A stretch of DNA of 64,000 bases from Bugula neritina. Its lineage: Eukaryota > Animalia > Bryozoa. Location of the stretch: NCBI GenBank assembly GCA_964035545.1, contig OZ037766.1, positions 13,134,722 through 13,198,721 on the forward strand, written 5' to 3'. The position numbers and the translations under genes were made by a program. The notes beneath the pieces are model-generated. The model searched no databases, was not told the DNA's origin, and saw nothing but the letters and a program-made list of their open reading frames with translations. Shown piece after piece: positions 26,191 to 36,900 of this stretch. Numbering within the stretch: the first letter of the stretch is position 1; every line of letters begins with the position of its first letter.

Positions 26191-27931
26191 ACAGTGAAAA
26201 GATTATCAACTGCTGATAGACTTTCTTGTTTTATTTGTCTCTAGAACAATGTTGTCCTTATGGAGCTGTCATTACGGTATTGTTTACTCTATAGAATTAT
26301 GATTGTATTATATCTTTGATATCTTTTATCTTGGATAGCATATCACCGTGTTAATTTTGAGTGTTTTCATTATTTATGTTCAATATTGTCAATAAAAATA
26401 AATAATTTTGACTAAACATTAAATATATCAGTTACTATAATTAGTCCAGTGTAGTGGATGTATAGCATTATAGTTTTCATACTTATTAATGCAATTACAT
26501 ATTTAGCAAATCAATGCTGATTGCTAGGTGGCAATTTATGCTGTTTGCCTTTTTATATTGTTTTATATTTTACTGGCTCTAGCCTTAAAGCTCTCCTTAT
26601 TGGATATTCACCAATTAGATTTCAATATTTTCTTTATTAAATATAATAACGCAGCGTGAAATCTTATGTCACATAATAATCTACCTTCAACAGCATAATA
26701 TAAGAATAATCATCTGTTCAATAGAAAGATGTAACATAATTTAAGCACTAACAAAAGCTTTATTAACATGACATATGACTATATAAAAATAATGTTCAAT
26801 AGTACAAAACAAGTAAACATCCCTTCGTAATTCATTCAACATGTACTACACCCTATTTTCCTATCTTATATATATAAATATCCATTATAATCTCTTTTGA
26901 ATCTGTAACTGGCCAGCTCAATTGTTAGGCATGGACTGGTAGCTTTATAAAGGGTAGCTATTAGTACTTAATATCTATTTGAACTAACCCCTTTCCCATT
27001 CACCAAGGCAGAGACAGCCCAGGCATGCCAAACCTATAATTCATGACAGCTACAGGTGATTAAGCTCTGAATGATATTTGAATAGAAATTAATTACACTC
27101 CCACCTAATTTTCTTTTGGGGCAAAAACTAAAATTACTTGCTTTTTACCATTTATATTTCTGTTTTTTTTAATTTTTCTCTAATAAAATTCTTTCTAACT
27201 ATGCTCCACCAGAAAGAGAACCAATCTTTGAATAGGTCTTTCAAGGATAGTTGGTGGCCGCATAACCTCACCCTTACTGTCAAATTCACAATTAAGTACT
27301 CTAACGTTAGCTTGTCAAACCTGCCCATCTTCGCTTAGCATTACCTGCTCTACAATTGTGGTGTTCCAGAGGCTTTTTTCGGTTGATTATTTTCTACTAT
27401 AGTGCAAAGAAAGTTAATTAGTAATACCTATAAGCATGAGCTGTCACTAAACTACCCTAGCTTCATTGATTTTTAAAAACGTAAAATAGTTCAATAGTTG
27501 CAAACTACTTTATTATATTATGTTGCTTTTTCACAATAATTATATGCTTAACAAATTACTATATTGTTTCATTGTAACTGAAAATTGATTGCAGGTGGCA
27601 TTTTAAAATGTTTTAATTTTTAACTAGACAAGCACTGAAAATTAGGTTTATAGACTTTAGTTCACCATAAAAGACACCTAATTGCATTGCGTAAAATGTA
27701 TACTTATAAACAATATGTAGTGGTTTTCAAGTCTAAATGCACATCTATGGTTGACTGTCAACATTTTATTCATGCTTAAGAAAGCTGATACTGAAACGTG
27801 TACCTTATACTAAAGGTAGCTGACATTTCTTGGATCAAAGATAGCTAATAGTAAGTGTACTTCTTACACCGAGCTGAAGGAGCTGACACATTATATATTG
27901 CTGACACATCTTAGTTTGATAGAAAAGAATT

Positions 27932-28894
27932 ATGGGAAACTACAGCTCTACTAACTTTGAAGTTTTACCGTGTTTCCTGAATGATACAGAAATTTGTTAC
28001 CAGCCATTCAACTATGCTAACAATGCTATGAACTTGGTATCGTTTGTTTTGAACATCTTGCATCTACTTATACTGTTCCAGATAGCAGAATTGAAGAATA
28101 CAAAATATTTTTGGAGTATATTGAACATAACCCTGGCCGATATCGCGTTCAGCATCATTATTTTCTTCTATTTCAGCTGCGAAGTCCGTGTTGCTATTTT
28201 CAAACTTCCCGCTATTTCCATGTACTCACTTTTACTCACTATTCAAGTTTTGACTGCATTTGCTGTGATTTCAAGGTATTCTGTGCTAATAATGGCAAGC
28301 ATAGAAAGATACGTTGCTGTTTGCAGACCTCATGAGTACAAAACAAACTGCATTGTCAGAAAGATAAAGATATGTTTTGGATTGACAATTGCTTTAACAT
28401 TTTTATATTCAATTCTTATTTGCGCCACGCATTTACCCTTGCCAGAACTTTGCCGGTCTCAGCTTAAAGTTACATTTGCTCCTGGTAGGCCTTTGATACT
28501 GACATATGGTTTGCTAACAATACCAATTGTCAGCGCATCGCTGGTGATCACGATTCTTCTGGTGAAAGTTTGGATGAAGTTGAGAATTATGATCAAGAAT
28601 CCGGTTGGTGGACGAAGCAATAAAACATTATTGGCTGAAAGTAAATATATTATATCCATATATGTTATACATCAACTATTGAATGCTTCATTATTAATTT
28701 ACACAACGATTCACTTATCAAGCTTTACAGCTTCCATATTCATAATAGAGATTGTTTCTACATTCTGCGTGAACTTGTATGGTATAGCGCATGTAATTCT
28801 ATTCGCTTACTTTCATTCAAAGTATGTCAGCAAAATAAAGGGTATTTTAAGAATAAATAGATGCTCTAATCAGGTTCAACCTAATACTAGGTGA
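27932..28894 (+). CDS. divergent rhodopsin-like GPCR, copy 5
   Basis: 320 aa paralog; open frame but several otherwise invariant residues are changed. Confidence 0.85.
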   Translation: MGNYSSTNFEVLPCFLNDTEICYQPFNYANNAMNLVSFVLNILHLLILFQIAELKNTKYFWSILNITLADIAFSIIIFFYFSCEVRVAIFKLPAISMYSLLLTIQVLTAFAVISRYSVLIMASIERYVAVCRPHEYKTNCIVRKIKICFGLTIALTFLYSILICATHLPLPELCRSQLKVTFAPGRPLILTYGLLTIPIVSASLVITILLVKVWMKLRIMIKNPVGGRSNKTLLAESKYIISIYVIHQLLNASLLIYTTIHLSSFTASIFIIEIVSTFCVNLYGIAHVILFAYFHSKYVSKIKGILRINRCSNQVQPNTR

Positions 28895-30058
28895 ACAGTG
28901 AAAAGACTATCAACTGATTGACTTTCTTGTTTATTTGTCACAGGAGCAATGTTGTCCTTATGGAGTTGTCATTCCGGTATTATTTGCTCTAGAATTTTTA
29001 TTATAATATATATCTGTTATTGCAGACAGCTGATATCGTGATGTTGTTTTTTAATGTTTTCATTTTTTATGTTCAATATTGTCAATAAAAACAAATAGTT
29101 TTGACTAAACATTAAATATATCAGTTACTATAATTAATCTAGTGTAGTAGATGTAGCATTATAGTTTCCCTACTTGTTAATGCAATTACATAATTATTTT
29201 TTAGCAAATCAATGCTGATTGCTAGGTGGCAATTTTTGCTATTTGCCTTTTTATATCGTTTTATACTTTACTGGCTCTAGCCTTAAAGCTCTCCTTGTAG
29301 AACGTGTAAAAAGGTTATTTGATATTCACCAATTAGATTTCAATATTTTCTTTATAAAATAGAATATAACACAGCGTGGAATATAGAATCAAATATTAAT
29401 CTACCTTCAACAGCATAATACTAGAATAATCATTTTTTGAACAGAAAGCTATGACATCTAAGCATACCAAAAGCTTTAATAACATGACATATGACTATAT
29501 AAAAATAATGTTCAATAGTACAAACAAGTAAACATCTCTTTGTAATTCATTCAGCATGGCCTACTACACCCTATTTTCCTATCTTATATATAAATATCCA
29601 TTATAATCGCTTTTGAATCTGTAACTAGTCAGCTAAATTGTTAGGCATGGACTGGTAGCTTTAGAAAGGATAGCTATTAGTACCTAATATCTATTTGAAC
29701 TAACCCCTCTCCCATTTAACAAGGCAGAGGCAGCCCAGGCATGCCAAACCTATCATTCATGACAGCTACAGGTGATTAAGCTCTGAATGATAATTGAATA
29801 GAAATTAATTACACTCCCACCTAATTTTCTTTTGGGGCAAAAACTGAAATTACTTGCTGTTTGCCATTTATATTTCTGTTTTTTTATTTTTCTCCAATAA
29901 AATTCTTTCTAACTATGCTCAACCAGAAGGAGAACCAATCTTTGAATAGGTCTTTCAAGGATAGTTGGTGGCCGCATAACCTCACCCTTACTGTCAAATT
30001 CACAATTAAGTACTCTAACGTTAGCTTGTCGAACCTGCTCATCTTCGCTTAGCATTTC

Positions 30059-30352
30059 CCCCTTATTCACACTTACCATAATGTACGTCGTAACATAAAA
30101 TATTAGCCATTTTTAATGTATCTGGGCTGAAGTTTTCAAAGTCCGCTATCAGGTGCGATCTATGAAACTTCATTGGACAATTACATCCAACGAATTAAAG
30201 CAAAAGTTTTTCTGTCCAATAGAAGTCCGCCGCAACTTATTTGAATCAAGCAGTGTTTGATCCTACCGTACCGCAACAGGAAGCTCAGACATTTGTAAAA
30301 ATGGCTGATATTTGCTGTTACGGCGTACAATACGGTAAGTGTGAATAAGGGG
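30059..30352. mobile_element. MITE (non-autonomous DNA transposon) with about 70-bp TIRs
   Basis: CCCCTTATTCACACTTACC...GGTAAGTGTGAATAAGGGG followed by TA; absent from the paralogous site at about 27340 (TTAGCATTACCTGCTC). Confidence 0.9.
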
Positions 30353-30944
30353 TACCTGCTCTACAATTGTGGTGTTTCAGAGGCTTTTCGGTTGATTATT
30401 TTCTACTATAGTGCAAAGAAAGTTAATTAGTGATACCTTTAAGCATGAGCTGTCACTAAACTACCCTAGCTTCATTGATTTTTAAAAATGTAAAATAGTT
30501 CAACAGTTGCAAACTACTTTATTATATTATGTTGCTTTTTCACAATAATTATATGCTTAACAAATTACTATAATTATTGTTTCATTGTAACTGAGAATTG
30601 ATTGCAGGTGGCATTTTAAAAGGTTTTAATTTTTAACTAGACATGCACTGAAAATTAGGTTTATAGACTTTAGTTCACCATAAAAGACACCTAATTGCAT
30701 TGCATAAAATATATACTTATAAACAATATGTAGTAGTTTTCAAATCTAAATGCACATCTATGGTTGACAGTCAACATTTTATTCATGCTCAAGAAAATTG
30801 ATACTGAAACGTGTACCTTATACTAAAGGTAGCTGACATTTCTTGGATCAAAGATAACTAATAGTAAGTGTACCTCTTACATCCAACTGAAGGAGGTGAC
30901 ACATTATATATTGCTGACACATCTTAGTTTGATAGAAAAGAATT

Positions 30945-31901
30945 ATGGGAAACTACAGCTCAACTAACTTTGAAGTTTTGCCATGTTTTCAGAATGATAC
31001 AGAAATGTGTTACCAGCCATTCAACTATACTAACAATGCTATGCACTTGGGATCTTTTGTTTTGAACATCCTGCATCTACTTATACTGTTCCAGATAGCA
31101 GAATTAAAGAATACAAAATATTTCTGGAGTTTACAAAGCTTAACTCTTATTGATATCACGTACAGCGTCATTACTTTTTTATATTTCAGCTGCGAAATCC
31201 GTGTTGCCATTTTTGAATTTCCCTCTATTTCCACGTACTCGCTTTTTCTTACTATTCAAGTTTTGATGACATTTGCTGTGATTTCAAAGTATTATGTGCT
31301 AATATTGGCAAGCATAGAAAGATATGTTGCTGTTTGCAGACCACACGATTACAAAACAAACTATTTTGTCAGAAAGATAAAGATATGCTTTGGATTTGCA
31401 ATTGCTTTGACATTTTTATATTCAATTCTTATTTGTGCCACGCATTTGCCAGAACTTTGCTGGTCTCAACTTAAAGTTACATTGATTTCTGGAAAACCTT
31501 TAATATTAACATATGTTTTGCTAACAATACCAATTGTCAGCGCATCACTAGTGATCACGATTCTTCTGTTGAAAGTCTGGATGAAGTTGAGAATTATGAC
31601 AAAGAGGCCGATTGGCGGACAACGTAATAAAACATTGTTGGCTGCAAGTAAATATATTATATGGACATATATTTTGCATCAATTATTGAATGTGTTATTG
31701 GTAACTATTGCAACGTTTCAGTTATCAAGCTTTACAACTTCCAAATTCATTATAGAAATTGTTGCTGTATTTTGCGTAAACTTGTATGGTGTAGCAAATG
31801 TAATTCTATTTGCTTACTTTCATCCAAAGTATGTCAGCAAAATAAAGAGTATTTTAAGAGCCGACAGATGCTCTAATCAGGTTCAACCTGATACCAGTTG
31901 A
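30945..31901 (+). CDS. divergent rhodopsin-like GPCR, copy 6
   Basis: 318 aa paralog, motifs intact. Confidence 0.9.
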   Translation: MGNYSSTNFEVLPCFQNDTEMCYQPFNYTNNAMHLGSFVLNILHLLILFQIAELKNTKYFWSLQSLTLIDITYSVITFLYFSCEIRVAIFEFPSISTYSLFLTIQVLMTFAVISKYYVLILASIERYVAVCRPHDYKTNYFVRKIKICFGFAIALTFLYSILICATHLPELCWSQLKVTLISGKPLILTYVLLTIPIVSASLVITILLLKVWMKLRIMTKRPIGGQRNKTLLAASKYIIWTYILHQLLNVLLVTIATFQLSSFTTSKFIIEIVAVFCVNLYGVANVILFAYFHPKYVSKIKSILRADRCSNQVQPDTS

Positions 31902-33390
31902 ACAGTGACAAGACTATCAATTGATTGGCTTTCTTGGCTTATTTGTCTCAAGAACCATGTTGTCATTATGAAGTTGTCATTCCGCCATTGTTTGCTCTAG
32001 AGTTATGATTATGTTATATTTATTGTGAACAGCTGATATCGTAGTGTTATTTTCATTGGTTAGTTTTATTATTTATGTTCAATTTTGTCTATAAAAATAA
32101 ATATTTTTGATCGAACGCTAGGCAAAAACTAAATATTTTATAGGTTACTATATTTTGTTTGGTGTAGTAGACGTAGAAGATTTATAGTTCTCCTACTTAT
32201 CAAAGCACTTGCATAGGTATTGCAATTGTGAAGTCAATGATAAAAAGTTTATAGCTTCAAGTTAGTCATTTTGAAGGATATCTAATAATATCCGGCAACT
32301 TGATAAATTGAAACTTATAACATTTCTTATCCAACCTATAAGATACAGACATCAGGTCTTCTATGTAAAAAATCTTTTCTTTTGGTTACCGTGATCGATT
32401 GATGAGACAAAAATGGGGGACTGCTATTTTAGGTTAGACACTAATGTAACGTATTCATAAATTTACCAATTAAAGAAATTTTTAAAGTTTATATTACATC
32501 TGTCCTTTTTAAGTAGAGCAAGAGGCATAAGTTCATCATTCATAGAGGTGCCTAAGTGGATAATAAAATGTGCTTCACATAGAAACAGCAACAAAATAAT
32601 GGAACAAGTCTACCTAATGGGATATATCTCAAAACGAATTTGTTTGGACACACAACAAAATAAATTCATCATACAACACACATTCATTGATACATCACCT
32701 TCCATCACGCACACACAAGTCTCAAACAACAGCATATATAGGCGTCACGCTACAGTATGCAGGTGTCGCACTACAGTATATAGACACCACATTGAAAATA
32801 CTTTTGCGTCATAGGGGCTGAATCTCTCAATTGTTAACAGATCTTACATGTATAATTATTTACATGTAACAAAATAAACTAATCTTCTACATGGATGCTC
32901 ATATAGTGTATTTTATCATCATGCGAGCCACAAGCAGTGCATTCTTTGTTGCATGCTCCAAATACAATTTCGAAATACTTAGATCGTTATTTTTTAATTT
33001 TCGGCTGATAGGGCTACAGCTGTTGACGAATCAAATCATTCAAAGCAGATGTGTTGCTATGGCTAATAATGATGAATCAATATTCATTATTGACTTTATA
33101 GTAGACAACTCTTAAAGACAAGGAATATTTACAATTTATTTTCATTTAGCTTTTTATTTCTTTAATTTTCCCCTGGACCAAAGAGATTTAAGTTGAAGTG
33201 GCTCAACCAACACTGCAATATTCAGCATTCAGTTTATGGTTTTTCCTGATAATAAAATACCAACTGCTTTGAGTCTACAAAGACCTGGTTTAAGAATTTA
33301 TATTAACTGATTACTAAATTGATATGTTATGCTATCTAGTCAATATTTGTTTAGGATTGTCCTTGTTTCAAGAAGAATGTGCTGTAGCAT

Positions 33391-33870
33391 CAACATACAC
33401 TGCATCATGAGTGACCTCTGTTACTACACTATAGTCAATGCCAGCCTACCACCAGACACTATAGACTTGAGCCAGAAAGAACCAGAGCCAATTTCTGAAT
33501 ATTAGCTAAACGCAGCACACAGTAGCATATGTATAACATACTTTGGAGCCATTCATGTATAACTGTAAGAACTGTGACGACTGCAGATACAAGAAGAATG
33601 CAAAGATTGCCACAGTCTTATGCAAACTTGGGAAATGTAAAAAAGTAGGACTTTCATTTCAGATGAATTTTACATTAATAATTTGATGCTTTCTGTAAAT
33701 TGCTCATAAAAATTATCATTTTGTACCAATACATATTTTTTGTATAAAGTATTACCAATTAACCATGATACCATTCTCAAGTTATTCACAAAAATTGCGC
33801 TAAATCATATTGTACTGTAAATACGCAATACATGTAGTTAGCCAATAAATAAATTACTTAATTCACACTA
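33391..33870 (+). pseudogene. duplicated fragment of XPO6 last exon and 3'UTR
   Basis: Direct copy of about 15973-16480, e.g. TACTACACTATAGTCAATGC..CTACCACCAG.CACTATAGACTT.AG.CAGAAAGAACC.GA.CCAATTTCTGAATATTAGCTAAACGCAGCACACAGTAGC. Confidence 0.9.
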
Positions 33871-33998
33871 AACGTTGTTCTATAAAGCTGTTTTACACAA
33901 AAATTATATCTATAATACAAGTCTCCTACTACCAAACATTACTCATATAAAAAGTTGTGTAGCACATGTAATGTTAACACTATTGGCTAGCATTTATG

Positions 33999-36900
33999 CT
34001 AGCGTTCTACTTTTTCACCCCATATATTTTCAGTTTTGCCGATGTTTTTAGAGAGTCGGTCTGTCGTGGGACAGAGGGCCACGATGAACCACGCAACTAC
34101 CAGTAAAACGGCTCTCACAATAGCTAGAACTCTCCATGTTGCCAAATGTCTGTTTTTCTGTAACATTAATTGTAGATTGAAATCAAAATATGCGGAATTG
34201 AGACTTAGAGTGATATTAGACTGTGACTTGAATATAATTAAAAAGACTTAGTTAATGCTATACCTCAGCTTCAGTCTCAAAGTCACGTTGCAGATCAAAT
34301 GTTCCATTTGTTTTTGGCCCCAGTCGATCATCCATTGGTGCCAGACTTACGTTCACACAAAGTGCAGCAACGTGTAGAATAGCAGCCACTGCACCTGACT
34401 GCAGAGTACATGCCTTCAGTAGACATGGTCGTGTTACCTTTGAAACATCATATCTGTGAAAAGATTTAAAATATCACTCTACTTGATCAAAAATTTAACT
34501 AGACTAATTCGAAGTATAAAAAAATTATTGAAAAATTGAATGAAAAAACATTATGGCTAACGGATACTTAGTAGTTTAAAAGTTTAAAGAAGGCTTGGTA
34601 GCAGCACTAACTACTTACACTATGCCGAAGCTGAGTTGTTAAGACTGTGATCTATGGGTCTATTTAGTTAGCACATATTTATAGCAGAACCTTAAATGCT
34701 ATGAAAACCTTAAAGTTTTTAGTAGATAATCAGATGGCAAATGCCGTACTTTAAAAATAAACTCACTTGTCAAAAGCTGCAACAGTACACACCACTATGA
34801 GTATGTAGAAGGTACAGTTTATAGGTACACTCATGTATTGATAGATTTCCAGGAAAATATTGTTTTCTGCTATATTTGTGAAACTGTATGCATACAATGC
34901 TTGCCATATGGTCAATCCTGCCAATATACCTGAATATAAAATGATAATGTAAAACATAAAGCCCGGGCATACCAACACCAACCTTAGTCAAATGTTTTAC
35001 TAAAATCCATGGCAATGGCAAAAACACATCTTGGTATGTTAAAACCAAACTGTCCCCTCCCGAGCAATTTCTTGTAGGAATTTACGTTAACAAATTTCAT
35101 TTAAATGAGTTATAATAAACGATAATAGCAAACTCTTAGTGCCAAGCCAGGTAATATGAAAAAAAGTTTTAGTTTCAATTAATTAAAGCTGATTTACAGG
35201 AAAGTATACACTTGAACTCAACACACCCATACAGAAGTGAGTAAAAGTTCTATAAACTTTGATGCTGGTGAGAGCAAATGCTATAGCAGATACTTGTACA
35301 GGATACGCTCCTTCCTCGTCCTCATTCTTTTGCTTACTTCGCTGATCCTCTGTATACAACTCCTCCATTGCTCTACTCCCAGCAGATTTAAAACCTCCTG
35401 CAATCACAGTGCAAATAGAGACAAAAATGCAGAAGATTTTGACTGAAATTTAAAATTAACATTAAAAAAGCTTGGCAATTGCTACAAGTATGTTACTTAT
35501 ATATTATAAAAGCAAAGATATGCCTCTAAATATTGTTCAAAAGTTATGATAATACGCAGACAATTAAACGGACACAATTCATTAACAAAAAATATTTTTT
35601 ACTAAATGAGATGCTCCTAAAATTAAAGAATAATAAACCAAAAAACAGATAAAAAAATTGGTCGCTGAAACTCAACAAAACATAAACTAAAATCTAGATG
35701 TAATATAAAAACAAGACAGCAAGAACCATTGCCTGTAAAGTATAAATGCTGGTAAAGCATATCTATGGGTGCAGGATGATTAGTAACATTCTTTGGTGCA
35801 ATATACTTGGCAGCAATTGACTTAAATCTACCTGCAAATCAGGAACAAATCATAAAAGTGTTGAGTAACTTAGGAACAGTGTAGTTTACTTAACATTTCC
35901 CTAATCGTGTGACTTACAGTCTACTTATAGTATATACCTCCACCTTTAAAATTAAACTGCTATGATTAAAATACAAAAATCGTCTTACTACAAATATCAA
36001 AAAATACATTTGATCTTATCAGTTGAAGTTAACATGCACATCACACTTAAGGCAGATAAATACTACATATTGAGAATGGCTTTACATATTCTGATTGGTT
36101 TTACAATAAAAGACATAAGACATACGGGTTTGTTCAATGAACAGCTTCCCAATAGGCTGACTTTTCATGTGATTCTTATGAGTGACTTGATGAGTGTTGT
36201 CAGCCTCTGCATCTGTCCCCTCATCAACAATATCATCTTCAATATCTGCCAAATCAACTCCAAGGCTTTCAATTTTTGTACTTGAAACATTTACAGCAGG
36301 TTTTCTAAAATAAAAAGCTGTAACTTTCAAACAGCTAAGTTTTCCCATTACACAACACTTAAAACATAAAATTTTATTCATTTTGACATAAAAGCAATAA
36401 TTACTAAAACTATATGCTGCTAGTTAGATAAACCAGCGTTTGTATGAAAGTAAATATAAAACCAGCAATCAAATACTCAAGATTTAGCTCAAGAATATTT
36501 AATTTTACTTTTTTTATACAAATAATGTTTAATATTAGTGAAAATGGGCAGATTATTGGATTTATTCCAACTGCAAATTAGCTCAGGCTGCTGAGCTTTT
36601 GAAAATTGACAAAATCTGCTCAAATCTGAAGAAAACAATGAGTGCAAAATTCGCAAGAGGTTGGTAAAATTTTCTCTTCTATTCCTCAGTTTTGTTTCAT
36701 CACTATAGCCTATGTTATAAAAATGTGTATTTTGGTGCACAATATATATACCTTCGGCGCTTCTTTCTAATCTTGCTCGTACTTCCATTTATATTTGTTT
36801 CAGACATCTACAACACATATTACATCCTTATGAATACCATAAGTAGCAAACAAAATTAAACCAATGAACTAAAACTTCCTTGACTTCAACATCTTAAAGA

